DNA of 64,000 nucleotides, taken from positions 704,001 through 768,000 of the forward strand of contig OZ220090.1 of NCBI GenBank assembly GCA_964291625.2. The letters run 5' to 3'. A model generated the notes under the pieces. It searched no databases, was not told where the DNA came from, and was given only the letters and a program-made list of their open reading frames with translations. The DNA comes from Candidatus Latescibacterota bacterium (GTDB lineage: Bacteria; Latescibacterota; UBA2968; UBA8231). Each line of letters opens with the position of its first letter. The first letter of the stretch is position 1. A program made the position numbers and the translations under genes. Shown in pieces: positions 27,389-39,079 of the stretch.

Positions 27389-28170
27389 CGGCGCCAGCGC
27401 CTCGACTCGAGGACCCGGGTGGTGAGGAACAGGCAGAAGAAGATGAAGCTCAGGTAGAACAGGACGTCCGCCGTGTCGATGACACCGCGCTGGAAATCCT
27501 GCAGGTGCTGGATGATCGACAGGTAGGAGAGCAGCTTGGCCGCCGTGGGACCGGCGAAGCTCGCCGACCAGTCGATCAGCCACAGGAGCAGCAGCGCACC
27601 GAAGGAGAGCAGCACGGCGACGATCTGGTTCTCCGTCAGGGACGAGGCAAGGACCCCGACGCCGACGAAGGTACCCCCGAGGAGCAGGTAGCCGAGGTAA
27701 GCCGACCAGATCGGCCCCCAGTCCGGATCGCCGTAGACCTCGAGGATGAGGCAGAAGACGAGGGTCAGGGCGACGATGATCGTGTAGAGGGTCAGGGCGG
27801 CGAAGAACTTGCCGAGGAGGACCTGCACCGTGGAGACGGGGGAGGTCATGAGGAGCTCGATGGTGCCGCTCTTCTTCTCCTCCGCGAAGAGCCGCATGGT
27901 CAGCATGGGCACCACGAGGAGCCAGATGAAGTCCATGACCGCGAAGAACTGGGTGACCACCATCTCGTTGAGGTTCAGGCTCGGCATGGCCCCCTGCATG
28001 AACTGCTGGCGCTGGCTGAACTGGAGGCACCAGAAGTTGAACTGCATGAGGATGTTGCGGAACAGGTACCCGGAGAGGAACAGGAAGACGCCGGCGATCA
28101 CGTAGGCCACGGGCGATACGAAGTAGGAGCGCAGCTCCTTGGTGTAGATGGCGAGGAAGTTGCGCATCAC
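27385..28170 (-). CDS. GldF-like ABC-2 permease
   Basis: KELRSYFVSPVAY, TMRLFAEEKKSGTIELL, GKF, ASSLTENQIVA. Confidence 0.88.
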   Translation of the reverse strand: MMRNFLAIYTKELRSYFVSPVAYVIAGVFLFLSGYLFRNILMQFNFWCLQFSQRQQFMQGAMPSLNLNEMVVTQFFAVMDFIWLLVVPMLTMRLFAEEKKSGTIELLMTSPVSTVQVLLGKFFAALTLYTIIVALTLVFCLILEVYGDPDWGPIWSAYLGYLLLGGTFVGVGVLASSLTENQIVAVLLSFGALLLLWLIDWSASFAGPTAAKLLSYLSIIQHLQDFQRGVIDTADVLFYLSFIFFCLFLTTRVLESRRWRR

Positions 28171-29120
28171 TGGACCCCTTCGGCTTCGGAGGTGAGACGC
28201 AGGAAGATGTCTTCCAGGGTCATGTCGAGGCTGCGCAGCTCGCGCAGGCCGTAGCCGCCGTCGACGACCGCCTTCGCCAGGGGATCGCGGAGATCCTGGC
28301 CGGGGGCGGCGGTCACCACGTACACGCCCTCGCCGGCGGCGGTCTCGTCCGCGCTCTCCTCCTTGACCTCGAGCACCCCCGGAATCCCCCGCACCAGGCC
28401 GAGGACGTCCTCCCGGGGCCCGGCGACGCGGGCGCGCAGCAGCTCGCCCTCCTTCAACTGCTCCGTCAGGCTCTCCGGGGATCCCTCGCCGACGATGCGG
28501 CCCTTGTCGATGATGACCACCTTCTCGCAGGTCATCGACACCTCCGGCAGGATGTGGGTGGAGAGGACGATGGTGTGCTCGCCCCGCAGGGACTTGATCA
28601 TCTCGCGGATCTCGATGATCTGCTTCGGGTCGAGACCGACCGTGGGCTCGTCGAGGATGAGCACGCTGGGGTTGTGAACCAGGGCCTGCGCCAGGCCGAC
28701 GCGCTGGCGGTAGCCCTTGGAGAGGTGGCCGATCAGGCTGCGCCGCACGTGGGCGACGCCGGTCTTCTCCATCGTCTCGTCGATGCGCGAAGAGAGCACC
28801 GCCGAGGGCACGCCCTTGATGCGGGCCACGAAGCCGAGGTAGGCATCCACGGTCATGTCGCTGTAGAGGGGCGGCAACTCGGGCAGGTAGCCGATCCGCC
28901 GCCGAACCTCCATCGACTCCTCGAGGACGTCGAAGCCGTCGATGGCGGCCGTCCCGGAAGAGGGGGGAAGATAGCAGGTGACGATGCGCATGGTCGTCGT
29001 CTTGCCCGCCCCGTTGGGGCCGAGAAATCCCAGGATCTGCCCGGTCTCGGCGCGGAAGGTGACGTCCTCTATGGCCGTCACCTCTCCGTAGTGCTTGGAC
29101 AACTCGCGGACTTCGATCAC
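28167..29120 (-). CDS. GldA-like ABC transporter ATPase
   Basis: GPNGAGKTT, LSKGYRQR, LDEPTVGLDP, STHILPEV. Confidence 0.92.
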   Translation of the reverse strand: MIEVRELSKHYGEVTAIEDVTFRAETGQILGFLGPNGAGKTTTMRIVTCYLPPSSGTAAIDGFDVLEESMEVRRRIGYLPELPPLYSDMTVDAYLGFVARIKGVPSAVLSSRIDETMEKTGVAHVRRSLIGHLSKGYRQRVGLAQALVHNPSVLILDEPTVGLDPKQIIEIREMIKSLRGEHTIVLSTHILPEVSMTCEKVVIIDKGRIVGEGSPESLTEQLKEGELLRARVAGPREDVLGLVRGIPGVLEVKEESADETAAGEGVYVVTAAPGQDLRDPLAKAVVDGGYGLRELRSLDMTLEDIFLRLTSEAEGVQ

Positions 29121-29136
29121 GGAAATGACTCCCCTG

Positions 29137-30015
<879 letters not shown>

Positions 30016-30019
30016 GGGC

Positions 30020-31015
30020 TCAGGGCACCTCGACGTGATCGAACAGTTGTTGGACGATGCGGTCGGAGTCGATCTGCTCGGCCTCGGCCTCGTAGCTGGT
30101 GGCCACCCGGTGGCGGAGCACCTCGGGGCCCACGGCCTTCACGTCTTCGGGGGTCACGTAGCCGCGGCGCCGGATGAAGGCGTGGGCCCGGGCCGCCCGG
30201 GCCAGGAACAACGTCGCCCGCGGCGAGGCGCCGTACTCGATGAGCGACGCCAGCTCCTCCAGGCCGGCAAGGCCGGGCTCGCGCGTAGTCTGCACCAGGT
30301 CGACGATGTAGTCCTTGATCTTGCCGTCCATGTACACCAGGCGGACCGATTCGCGCAGCCGCAGGATGTCGTCGAGGCCGGCCACCGCCTCGACGGGGAT
30401 CTCGCGGTCCTCCACCATGCGCTCCAGGATCTGACGCTCCTCGTCGCGCCCCGGGTAGTCGACCCGGACCTTCAGCATGAAGCGGTCGATCTGGGCCTCG
30501 GGCAGGGGATAGGTCCCCTCCTGCTCGATCGGGTTCTGGGTGGCCATCACGAGGAACGGATCGTCCAGGGCGTAGCTCTCGTCGCCGATGGTCACCTGGC
30601 GCTCCTGCATCGCCTCGAGGAGGGCGCTCTGCACCTTGGCCGGGGCCCGGTTGATCTCGTCGGCGAGGATCAGGTTGGCGAAGACCGGCCCCTTGCGGGC
30701 GACGAACCCGCCCGAGTGCTGCTCGTAGATCAGCGTCCCCGTGAGGTCTGCCGGGAGCAGGTCGGGAGTGAACTGGATGCGGTTGAAGCGGCCCCGGATG
30801 ATGCGGGCCAGGCTGCTCACCGTCAGGGTCTTGGCGAGGCCGGGAACGCCTTCGAGGAGGATGTGTCCGCCGCACAGAAAGCCGATGAAGATCCGCTCCA
30901 CCATCTGCCGCTGACCGACGATGACGCGGTCCATCTCGGCCAGAACGCGGGTGACGAGGACGCTCTCCTCCTCGATGCGCTCGGTGAGGGCGCCGATGTC
31001 CGGGTTTGCCTGCAC
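30020..31015 (-). CDS. moxR: MoxR-family AAA+ ATPase
   Basis: LEGVPGLAKT, RIQFTPDLLP, DEINRAPAKVQSALLEAM, TQNPIEQEGTYPLPEAQ. Confidence 0.95.
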   Translation of the reverse strand: MQANPDIGALTERIEEESVLVTRVLAEMDRVIVGQRQMVERIFIGFLCGGHILLEGVPGLAKTLTVSSLARIIRGRFNRIQFTPDLLPADLTGTLIYEQHSGGFVARKGPVFANLILADEINRAPAKVQSALLEAMQERQVTIGDESYALDDPFLVMATQNPIEQEGTYPLPEAQIDRFMLKVRVDYPGRDEERQILERMVEDREIPVEAVAGLDDILRLRESVRLVYMDGKIKDYIVDLVQTTREPGLAGLEELASLIEYGASPRATLFLARAARAHAFIRRRGYVTPEDVKAVGPEVLRHRVATSYEAEAEQIDSDRIVQQLFDHVEVP

Positions 31016-31080
31016 TGTGGACAGCCCCTATCCCGGTGCGATCCTGCCTGGAAGCGGCTTCATCCCCCGTCGACAGAAGC

Positions 31081-31605
31081 TCACGGCGAGGAGGTGCTGT
31101 CCCCTTCCTGGAAGCTGACCCACTCTTCCGGGGGGCGTCCCACATGGGGCAGCAGCTGGCGGGCGTTGGCGGCCAGCTCCGAACCCGGGTAGTTGTCCAC
31201 GACCGCCTGGTAGGCGGCTCTCGCCGCTTCGATGTCGCCGAAGTGCTCCTCGAGGATGAAGGCGACCATGAACTGCGCCTCATCCGCCTCGTCGCTCTCC
31301 GGATGCTCCGCCAGGATGCGCCGGTAGTGGGTCACGGCGCCCCTCATGTCGCCGCCCTGCTGGCGCAGGACGGCCAGCTGCTTCAGCGCCCGGGGGACGC
31401 TCTCCTCGCCGGGGTGGGCCTGCAGCCAGGCCTCGAGAAGCTCCACCGCCGAGGCCACCCGGGCCGAATCCCGGGCCGCCGCCTGGGCCGCCTGCAGGGC
31501 CTCTTCCAACTGTTGATCGGGAGAAGGCCCGCTGCATCCCGCCCAGGCCCAGACCACGGCTGCCCCGATCGTTCCGAGGCATCTGACCCGCCATCGCCTG
31601 CTCAT
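31081..31605 (-). CDS. TPR protein (YbgF/CpoB-like), probable lipoprotein
   Basis: Lipobox-like WAG-C; 'HPESDEADEAQFM', 'YPGSELA' TPR caps. Confidence 0.7.
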   Translation of the reverse strand: MSRRWRVRCLGTIGAAVVWAWAGCSGPSPDQQLEEALQAAQAAARDSARVASAVELLEAWLQAHPGEESVPRALKQLAVLRQQGGDMRGAVTHYRRILAEHPESDEADEAQFMVAFILEEHFGDIEAARAAYQAVVDNYPGSELAANARQLLPHVGRPPEEWVSFQEGDSTSSP

Positions 31606-31701
31606 CTCGCTGCCCACCTGCTGTCTCTCTGTCTTTGCGGCCGGCGGCCGGGAGTCGCATCGAGCAAGAGACGCCCCACCGCCGCCGCGGTTCCCTTCGG
31701 C

Positions 31702-32025
31702 TCAGTCGTCGCTCGACTTGGAAGGGGTCTTCGTCTTCGCCGAGTCGCCCTTGCCCCCTCCGTCGGACTTGGAGGACGACTTCGAGTCGGCCTTCTCGGC
31801 CTTGGCCGCCTTCTTGTAGCTGTCGCTCCGGTAGTCGGTGATGTAGAAGCCGGAGCCCTTGAAAAGCAGGCCCCCGCCGGTGCCGATCAGGCGGCGCACC
31901 CGGCCCTGCCCCGTGCCCTTCGGGCACTCGCTCCGGAGACACCTCTTGAGCGGCTCGGCGGTGATCCTCTGGAGCGCCTCGAACCGATGTCCGCAGGTGC
32001 TGCACTCATAGTCGTACGTCGGCAT
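31702..32025 (-). CDS. FmdB-family zinc-ribbon protein
   Basis: MPTYDYECSTC...FKGSGFYITDY, low-complexity K/S tail. Confidence 0.88.
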   Translation of the reverse strand: MPTYDYECSTCGHRFEALQRITAEPLKRCLRSECPKGTGQGRVRRLIGTGGGLLFKGSGFYITDYRSDSYKKAAKAEKADSKSSSKSDGGGKGDSAKTKTPSKSSDD

Positions 32026-32066
32026 GTGACATCTTTCCGATCCTGCGCGGCCCGAAGAATCTGCCA

Positions 32067-32095
32067 AAAGTACGCAGATGTGTTGGAACGGGCAA
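32067..32095 (-). promoter_or_regulatory. Putative sigma70 promoter for the FmdB-MoxR-Gld-Bat operon
   Basis: Minus strand TTGCCC-N17-TACTTT. Confidence 0.45.
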
Positions 32096-32114
32096 CGCCG
32101 GACGGGCCCTGCCC

Positions 32115-34220
32115 TCAGTCCCGGGGCCGCGCCCCGGCCGGCGGAGCGTCGTCCCTGTCGAGGGTCAGGGAGGGCAGGTCGCCGCGGGCCAGGGACCGCA
32201 GGCGCCCCCGGTCATCGATCCTCAGGAGGGTCAGCTCCGAATTGACGCGGCGCGAGGGCGTGAAGCTCACCCGCCCGGAGGCGCCCTCGTAGTTGCGCAC
32301 GGCGGCGAGGTACCTCCGCAGTCCGGAGCGGCTGCGGTGGCCGGCTTCCCAGCCCTCCATCACAAGACGAGCGGCGTCGTATCCGGCGCTGGCGTAGCCC
32401 GGATCCCGTCCGGTGCGGGCTCGAAAGCCGTTGACGAAGCCGCGCTCCTGCTCCGATCCCTGGCGCCGGGAGACGATGATGCAGCCTTGCAGGTGCTGGC
32501 GCTCACCGGACCGGAGGTCCGCGATCTCCTCCGGATCGTACCACGTAGCGTTGCCCATGAGCTGCGTCCGGATGCGGTGAAAGCGAAGCTGGGGGGCGAT
32601 GGTGCGGGCGTCCTCGAAGTCCTCGATGATGACCGCCACGCCGTCGATCGACTCGACGAAGATCTCGGTCGAATCCGGGGGCTGCTTCCCGGGCTCCGCG
32701 CCCCGCTCGAGGAGGTCCCGGAAGGTCGACTTCCCTTGGCGCGTCGTGTCCAGAAGAGCCGCCTGGAGCGAGTCGAGAAGCTCGGCGCCGGGCATCTCCG
32801 GCGGCTCGATGGAGAAGCCGATCCTGCGCAGCTCCTGGAACTGCGCCTGAAAGTCCTTCTGCTCTCCGGGATAGTACCACTCGCTGTGGACGATCCGCCC
32901 GCCGTTGGCCACGGCGGCGGCGGTGTAGGCCCTCTCGAAGGCGTGGCCGTAGTCGTTCAGCGGCGACAGGATGGCCAGGGTCCGCAGGCCCAGCACGAGG
33001 GTTGCGTACTCGCCGAGAGCCTGCCCCTGCACCTCGGGAATCGGGCTCAGCTGGAAGATGTGCCCCCCCAGGGTGTCCAGCCCGCTCTGCTGCGCGAGGG
33101 GGGCGATGAGCGGCACCCCGGCCGCTTCGGCCACGACGGCGGCGGCGGCGCAGGATGTGGAGTTGACGGGACCGACGATCGCCTGGACCCTCGCCTCCCG
33201 CACCAGGTAGCGGGCCCCGGAGGCGACGCGAAGGAGCCGGTCGCCATCGCTCTGGTGGATGGGGACTTTCTCCTCCTCGAAGTCCTCGTACTCGGTGCCG
33301 ACGTCGACGACCACCAGATCGAAGGGCTGTCCGAGCTGATGGTTGGCAAACTCCACACCGGCGAGCAGATCGGCGCCGTACGCCCCCTCGCGGCCGGAGA
33401 GGGGTGCGAGCACGCCGAGCCGCGGCACCCCCGGGCGGCGGGCAGGGCCCGCGGCCTCCGTATCGCGGACGGGCTCACGGGCAGGCGCGGGAGGCCGCCC
33501 TTCCGCGAGCCGGGACTGGGCGAGACGGTGGAACATCCCCGCTTCACCGACGCTGTCGATGTACGCCGACAGCCGCTGGCGGGCGAGTTCGACCCAGCCG
33601 AGCCGCGCGTACCAACGCGCCTCTCCGTAGAGCAGGAGATCGCGCAGGCGCCGGGGGCCCAGCTGGCGGCGGACCCGGTCCTGGGCATCCTCGTCGAGGG
33701 AACGGTTCATCACCAGCCCCGCCAGGCGCTCGGCGGCGCTCGCCTTCACCGCCGCAGGGGTGGACCCTTCGAGGAGCCGGACGTACTGCGAGAGGGCCTC
33801 ATCGATTCGTCCCAGCCTGTAGTACCCATCGCCGGCGATCAGCCGGGCATCCGGGCCGTAGCGCCCCCCGGAGGCCACGCGGAGCAGCCGGCGCGCCGCC
33901 TCCACGGCCCCCGCGGGGTCGTCCAGAAGCAGGCGGCTGCGGCCAAGCATCAGCAGGGCCGCCCTCGTGCGCTGATTGGAGGGCCGCTCGGTGACGGCGA
34001 GAAAGAGCTCGCCCGCCTCCCGCCACCGGGCTTCCTCATACGCGGCGAGAGCCTGCGAGAACAGGCGTTCCGCCGCTCGCGAGTGGCGTCCGTCCTCCGG
34101 CGCCGCGAAGACCTGGCCGCCGCCGAGCACGGCCACGGCCCAGAGGGCACACACGAGCCGGAGGGTGCCTTGTCCCGGTTGAGGGGCCCGGTTACATTCG
34201 GCTGGTCCCTTCACCACCAT
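32115..34220 (-). CDS. TPR + periplasmic-binding-fold protein (LppC/LpoA-like)
   Basis: N-terminal TPRs, [24 protein letters not shown]; start uncertain (34220 or 34154). Confidence 0.7.
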   Translation of the reverse strand: MVVKGPAECNRAPQPGQGTLRLVCALWAVAVLGGGQVFAAPEDGRHSRAAERLFSQALAAYEEARWREAGELFLAVTERPSNQRTRAALLMLGRSRLLLDDPAGAVEAARRLLRVASGGRYGPDARLIAGDGYYRLGRIDEALSQYVRLLEGSTPAAVKASAAERLAGLVMNRSLDEDAQDRVRRQLGPRRLRDLLLYGEARWYARLGWVELARQRLSAYIDSVGEAGMFHRLAQSRLAEGRPPAPAREPVRDTEAAGPARRPGVPRLGVLAPLSGREGAYGADLLAGVEFANHQLGQPFDLVVVDVGTEYEDFEEEKVPIHQSDGDRLLRVASGARYLVREARVQAIVGPVNSTSCAAAAVVAEAAGVPLIAPLAQQSGLDTLGGHIFQLSPIPEVQGQALGEYATLVLGLRTLAILSPLNDYGHAFERAYTAAAVANGGRIVHSEWYYPGEQKDFQAQFQELRRIGFSIEPPEMPGAELLDSLQAALLDTTRQGKSTFRDLLERGAEPGKQPPDSTEIFVESIDGVAVIIEDFEDARTIAPQLRFHRIRTQLMGNATWYDPEEIADLRSGERQHLQGCIIVSRRQGSEQERGFVNGFRARTGRDPGYASAGYDAARLVMEGWEAGHRSRSGLRRYLAAVRNYEGASGRVSFTPSRRVNSELTLLRIDDRGRLRSLARGDLPSLTLDRDDAPPAGARPRD
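34170..34198 (+). promoter_or_regulatory. Putative sigma70 promoter for clpX-like gene
   Basis: TTGTCC-N17-TACATT. Confidence 0.45.
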
Positions 34221-34240
34221 CGATCTCCTTCGCCCCCAAC

Positions 34241-35761
34241 ATGATGAGTCGCTCCGAGAGACCCGGGTTCGACCCGGAGCAGCTGCGCAGGATCCTCGCC
34301 GAAGGGAACCGGGGCGAGGAGCCCACGGAATCGGCGGGGTCCGAGACCGCGGGCCCCGGAGAGGGCGCCGAGTCCGGAGCACCCGAAGGCGTTCAACTGG
34401 AGTTCCACCTGAAGCCCGGGGAGCTGATCGCCCACCTCGACAGCTACGTCGTCGGCCAGCCCCGGGCCAAGGCCATCCTCGCCACCAAGATCTGCACCCA
34501 CTTCAACCGCTTGAGCCTTCCCCCCGACGAGACCGAGGACGTCGTCGGCCAGATCAAGAACAACGTCCTCATGGTGGGTCCCACGGGAGTTGGCAAGACC
34601 TACCTCATCCGCCTCATCGCCCGGCGCCTCGGCGTCCCCTTCGTCAAGGCGGACGCCACCAAGTTCAGCGAGACGGGATACGTGGGCGGCGACGTGGAAG
34701 ACCTGGTCCGCGAGCTGGTGACCGAAGCCGACGGCGACATCGACCTCGCCCAGCACGGCATCATCTACATCGACGAGATCGACAAGATCGCCGCCAGCGG
34801 CCGCACCAGCGGCCCGGATGTCTCGCGCACCGGCGTCCAGCGCAACCTCCTCAAGCTGATGGAGGAGACCGAGGTCGACCTGCGCTCTCCTCACGATCTA
34901 CCTTCGCAGATGGAGTCGGTGATGCAGATGCAACGCACCGGCAAGGTGGAACGCAAGAAGGTGAACACCCGGCACATCCTGTTCGTCGTCAGCGGCGCCT
35001 TCGCCGGTCTCGAGGAGATCATCCGCCGGCGCCTCAACCGCGGGGCCATGGGCTTCCGTCCGCCGGAAGCGGACGGAGCCGGCGCGGTGGTGGACGACTC
35101 GGCCATCCTCCAGCAGATCCGCGCCGAGGACCTGCTGGAGTACGGCTTCGAGTCGGAGTTCATCGGCCGCCTTCCGGTGGTCGCCGTCCTCGAGGAACTC
35201 TCCCGCGCCGATCTCCTCGAGATCCTGCGCAGCCCCATGAGCAGCGTCGTCATCTCCAAGGTAAGGGACTTCCTCGCCTACGGCATCGACCTGAGGATCT
35301 GCGACGAAGCGCTCCAGCTCCTGGCCGACCGCGCCTTCGAGGAACGGACCGGCGCCCGGGGCCTGGTGAGCGCCATGGAGAAGGTCCTGCTGGACTTCGA
35401 GTGCCGGCTCCCGTCCCTCGATCTCGACGCCTTCCACCTCACCCCCGAGGTCGTCGAGGACCCGGCCCGGGTCCTCGATCGCCTGGTGGCGGAGAGCTCG
35501 ATCGAGGCCTTCACCGCCGGCTTCGAGAGGGACCACGGCATCCGCTTCGAGTTCACCGGCCCGGCCTTGGCGAGCCTGGGCGAGCGGGCGGCCTCCGAGG
35601 ACCGGCTTCCGGGGGAGATCTGCGCCGACCTGTTCTCCGACTACGGACACGGTCTCAAGCTCCTGGAGCTCGACCGGTTCGAGATCACCCCCGAGGTCCT
35701 GGCCGACCCGCAGAAGTCCCTCGACCGCATGATCCGCCAACTATACGGCGGCCGGGACTAG
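34241..35761 (+). CDS. ClpX-like AAA+ ATPase lacking the N-terminal Zn finger
   Basis: [42 protein letters not shown] loop, EFIGRLP, TGARGL. Confidence 0.85.
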   Translation: MMSRSERPGFDPEQLRRILAEGNRGEEPTESAGSETAGPGEGAESGAPEGVQLEFHLKPGELIAHLDSYVVGQPRAKAILATKICTHFNRLSLPPDETEDVVGQIKNNVLMVGPTGVGKTYLIRLIARRLGVPFVKADATKFSETGYVGGDVEDLVRELVTEADGDIDLAQHGIIYIDEIDKIAASGRTSGPDVSRTGVQRNLLKLMEETEVDLRSPHDLPSQMESVMQMQRTGKVERKKVNTRHILFVVSGAFAGLEEIIRRRLNRGAMGFRPPEADGAGAVVDDSAILQQIRAEDLLEYGFESEFIGRLPVVAVLEELSRADLLEILRSPMSSVVISKVRDFLAYGIDLRICDEALQLLADRAFEERTGARGLVSAMEKVLLDFECRLPSLDLDAFHLTPEVVEDPARVLDRLVAESSIEAFTAGFERDHGIRFEFTGPALASLGERAASEDRLPGEICADLFSDYGHGLKLLELDRFEITPEVLADPQKSLDRMIRQLYGGRD

Positions 35762-35764
35762 TCC

Positions 35765-37147
35765 TCACAGCCGGAGGCCGTACTCCTTCTCCTTCCGATA
35801 GAGGGTGCTCAGTCCGATCTGGAGCACCTTCGCCGCCTTGCGGCGGTCGTGGCCGACGGCCTTCAGGGTCTGCTCGATGGCGAGCCTCTCGACCTGCTTC
35901 ATCGTCATGCCGGGGTGCAGACCTCCCCGGTCGCTTCCCGCCGGGACGCCGCGTATGTGGGCCGGCACGTCGGAAGTGTTCAGCTCGCGGCCGGGAGCCG
36001 ACATGACCACCATCCCCTCCACGCAGTTCTTCAGCTCGCGGACGTTGCCCGGCCAGTCGTAGTCCATCAGGGCGTCCATGGCGGCCGGGTCGAGGACGTG
36101 GGTCTCGCGTCCGTTCTCCCGGGAGAACTGGCGCAGGAACTCGTTCACCAGGATGGGGATGTCCTCGCGGCAGTCGCCGAGTCTGGGGATGTGGATGGTG
36201 ACCACGTTGAGCCGGTAATAGAGGTCCGCGCGGTAGCTCCCCTCCTCGACCATGGTTTCGAGGTTCCGGTTGGTGGCGGCGATGAGGCGAACGTCGGCCC
36301 GCAGGGTGGATGTCCCCCCGACGCGCTCGAACTCGCCGCTCTGAATGACGCGCAGGAGCTTGACCTGCGTCGCCGGGGACAGATCCCCCACCTCGTCGAG
36401 GAACAGGGTCCCCATGTCGGCCAGCTCGAAGCGGCCCTTGCGCGAGGTACTGGCGCCGGTGAAGGCGCCGCGCTCGTGTCCGAAGAGCTCGCTTTCGACG
36501 ATGCTCTCGGGGAGGGCGCCGCAGTTCGTCTCCACGAAGGGGCGGTCGCGGCGGGGGCTCTGCTGGTGGACCGCCTTGGCCACCTCTCCCTTGCCCGTGC
36601 CGGTCTCGCCCGTGAGCAGGACCGTGGCGCGGGACCTGGCGACCTGCTCGATCTGGGCGTAGATCCGCTGCCAGAGGGAGGACCGGCGGGCGATGCCGCC
36701 GTAGCGGTAACGCTCGTCCAGGCGCCGCTGGAGGTCGGAGACCTCTCCCACCAGCCGCTGATAGGACAAGCCGCGATCGAGAACGGCCCTCACCTTGCTC
36801 AGGTTCAGGGGGCGGACCTGGAAGTCGTAGGCCCCCTCGCGCATCGCCTCGGTGCCGAGCTCGATCTCGTCGGAACCCGTGGAGACGATGGCGCAGATCT
36901 CCGGGTTGCGCTCCCGGGCCAGGCGCACCAGCCGCAAGCCGTCGATGCGGCTGTCGGCGAGGGGACAGACGAGGGCGTCCACCGGCTCCGAGTCGAGGAT
37001 GTCGTAGGCGGCGGCTCCCTCGCGGGCGGCCAGGACCTCGAAACCCTCGCGGCGAAGGTAGGAGATCAACTGGTGCGTGGCCTCCTCTTCCGGAGCCACC
37101 ACGAGGATCCGGGGAAGCGCCTTCTCCCGCGGGCCGGAGTCGTTCAC
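35765..37147 (-). CDS. Sigma-54 enhancer-binding protein (NtrC/AtoC type) with degenerate receiver domain
   Basis: GETGTGK, ESELFGHERGAFTGA, LFLDEV, WPGNVREL, Fis-type HTH. Confidence 0.9.
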   Translation of the reverse strand: MNDSGPREKALPRILVVAPEEEATHQLISYLRREGFEVLAAREGAAAYDILDSEPVDALVCPLADSRIDGLRLVRLARERNPEICAIVSTGSDEIELGTEAMREGAYDFQVRPLNLSKVRAVLDRGLSYQRLVGEVSDLQRRLDERYRYGGIARRSSLWQRIYAQIEQVARSRATVLLTGETGTGKGEVAKAVHQQSPRRDRPFVETNCGALPESIVESELFGHERGAFTGASTSRKGRFELADMGTLFLDEVGDLSPATQVKLLRVIQSGEFERVGGTSTLRADVRLIAATNRNLETMVEEGSYRADLYYRLNVVTIHIPRLGDCREDIPILVNEFLRQFSRENGRETHVLDPAAMDALMDYDWPGNVRELKNCVEGMVVMSAPGRELNTSDVPAHIRGVPAGSDRGGLHPGMTMKQVERLAIEQTLKAVGHDRRKAAKVLQIGLSTLYRKEKEYGLRL

Positions 37148-37169
37148 GCTCGAGGCTCCCTTCCGTGGA

Positions 37170-38555
37170 TCAACCGGGATCCTGGCCGCTCCATCGGGGG
37201 GAACGGGCGAGGCGGACCACCACCTCGCAGTGGGGGGTGTGGGGGAACAGGTCCACCGGCCGCGCCCGCTCCAGGTCGTAGCCGGCATCGCACAGGGACG
37301 ACAGGTCCTCGGCCAGGCTCTCCGCATTGCAGGAGACATACAGTATCGCCGGCGGGCCGAGAGCGACGATCCCCTCGATCACCTTCCGGTGCAGCCCGGC
37401 CCTGGGCGGGTCCGCGATGACCGCCTCGAAGCGCTCCGCCCTCTCCTGGCAGAGGTCCGCCAGGGCCTCCTCCGCCGGGGCCGCCACGAAGGCGCAGTTG
37501 TCGATGCCGTTGCGCTCCGCGTTCCGGCGGGCGTCGGCCACCGCCTCGCGCTCCTGCTCGACGCCGACGACGGCGCGCGCCCGGGAGGCCACGTGAAGGC
37601 TGATGCCGCCGGTACCGGCATAGAGGTCCAGGACCTCCCCGTCGAAGCCGCGGCCCAGGAACTCCCCCACGATCTCGTACAGCTGCCCGGCCCCGCGGGT
37701 GTTGGTCTGGAAGAAGGACTGCGGGGAGATCTCGAACTCGAGGTCGCCGCAACGCTCGCTGATGCGGCCGCCGCCCTTGATGAGGAAGCTCTCCTCGCCG
37801 GCGGCGACCTGGGCCTTGCCGCTGTGCCGGGTGACGAGGCAGGTGGTGATACCCTCCCCCACCTGGTCCAGCACCCCCTCCAGCAGCAGGTCCACACCCT
37901 CGTGAGGATACTCGCGGACGACGAGGTTGACCATGGTCTGGCCGGTCTCCTTCCCCTCCCGGACGACCAGGAAACGGAGCAGGCCCTCGTGGCTCTTCAG
38001 GTCGTAGACCGGCAGGGCGAGGCGGGTCGCGTGGGTGCGGAAGGCGTCGACGATCCCGTTGGAAGCCTCCGACTGGAGGTGGCAGGACTCCAGGTCGAAG
38101 ATCCGGTTGAAGCGCTCGCGCACGTGCAGCCCGAGCCACGGCTGCCCCTGGCCGCTCCCGAAGGAGAACTCCATCTTGTTGCGGTAGTAGAACCGATCCG
38201 GGCTCGGGGCGATGGCCTGCCAGCGGCCGACCTCGAGCTCGCGGCTCTCGAAGGACTGCCGGACCATCCGCTCCTTGAGCCGCAGCTGGTCCTCGTACGC
38301 GAGGTCCTGCCACCGGCAGCCCCCGCACTGCCCGAAATGGGTGCACAACGGGTCGACGCGCGGCACTCCCTCCTCAAAGAGGTCATCGACGACGCCCTCG
38401 AAGCGCCCCTTGCGCTTGCGCCTGAGGTAGACCTCGGCCCGGTCCCCCGGAACGCTGCGCGGTACGAGGATCTCCCGGCCGTCCTGAACCGCCAGGCCGT
38501 CGCCCTTCGCGCTGAGGCCCTCGATCTCGACGATGACGCGTTCCCCCCGTTTCAT
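37170..38555 (-). CDS. rlmD: 23S rRNA m5U1939 methyltransferase
   Basis: TRAM domain, C..FG.CGGC, YRNK, SFFQTN, DPPRAG, YVSCN, DLFPHT. Confidence 0.9.
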   Translation of the reverse strand: MKRGERVIVEIEGLSAKGDGLAVQDGREILVPRSVPGDRAEVYLRRKRKGRFEGVVDDLFEEGVPRVDPLCTHFGQCGGCRWQDLAYEDQLRLKERMVRQSFESRELEVGRWQAIAPSPDRFYYRNKMEFSFGSGQGQPWLGLHVRERFNRIFDLESCHLQSEASNGIVDAFRTHATRLALPVYDLKSHEGLLRFLVVREGKETGQTMVNLVVREYPHEGVDLLLEGVLDQVGEGITTCLVTRHSGKAQVAAGEESFLIKGGGRISERCGDLEFEISPQSFFQTNTRGAGQLYEIVGEFLGRGFDGEVLDLYAGTGGISLHVASRARAVVGVEQEREAVADARRNAERNGIDNCAFVAAPAEEALADLCQERAERFEAVIADPPRAGLHRKVIEGIVALGPPAILYVSCNAESLAEDLSSLCDAGYDLERARPVDLFPHTPHCEVVVRLARSPRWSGQDPG

Positions 38556-38588
38556 CCCTCCTCCACCGGAACCCGGGGGCGGGGTGAG

Positions 38589-38627
38589 AACACAAGCAGG
38601 CGAGGTGGAAGGACCTCCCACCTCGCC
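38589..38627 (-). terminator. Probable intrinsic terminator of the ribosomal protein superoperon
   Basis: GGCGAGGTGG/CCACCTCGCC stem followed on the minus strand by TGCTTGTGTT, just downstream of rplQ. Confidence 0.65.
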
Positions 38628-38664
38628 CGGAGACGTTCGCTGCTGTCCGAGGCCGCCCCTCGTG

Positions 38665-39075
38665 TCACTCTTCCTTCTCTGCGGGCTCCTCGGTCACCAC
38701 CGCGGGGCTATCGGCGCCAGGACGGTCGAGAAGCTCGACGATGCACATCTCGGCGCCATCCCCACGGCGGGTGCCGGTCTTGACCAGGCGTGTGTACCCC
38801 CCGTGCCGCTCGGCGTAGCGAGGGGCGATCTTTTCGAAGAGCCTGGCCACGATCGACTTGTCCGGTATGTGACGCAGCACCTGGCGACGGGCGTGGAGAT
38901 CGCCGCGCTTGGCAAAGGTGATCATGTGCTCCGCGGTGCGCCGCAGAACCCTGCCGCGGGCATCGGTGGTGCGAACCTGTTCGTGGGTGAAGAGGCTGCT
39001 CACCATGTTGGCGATCATCGCCTTCCGGTGGCTCGCCTGGCGCCCGAGCTTGGCTGTTCGTCGGCGGTGTCGCAT
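38665..39075 (-). CDS. rplQ: 50S ribosomal protein L17
   Basis: MRHRR..KLGR, GGYTR, RRGDGAEM. Confidence 0.96.
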   Translation of the reverse strand: MRHRRRTAKLGRQASHRKAMIANMVSSLFTHEQVRTTDARGRVLRRTAEHMITFAKRGDLHARRQVLRHIPDKSIVARLFEKIAPRYAERHGGYTRLVKTGTRRGDGAEMCIVELLDRPGADSPAVVTEEPAEKEE

Positions 39076-39079
39076 CTCG

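Noticed and set aside
24149-28030. 1293-aa ORF suggesting a GldF-GldG fusion
   Set aside because: The N-terminal 214 aa are off-frame over the permease; the true start is ATG 27388
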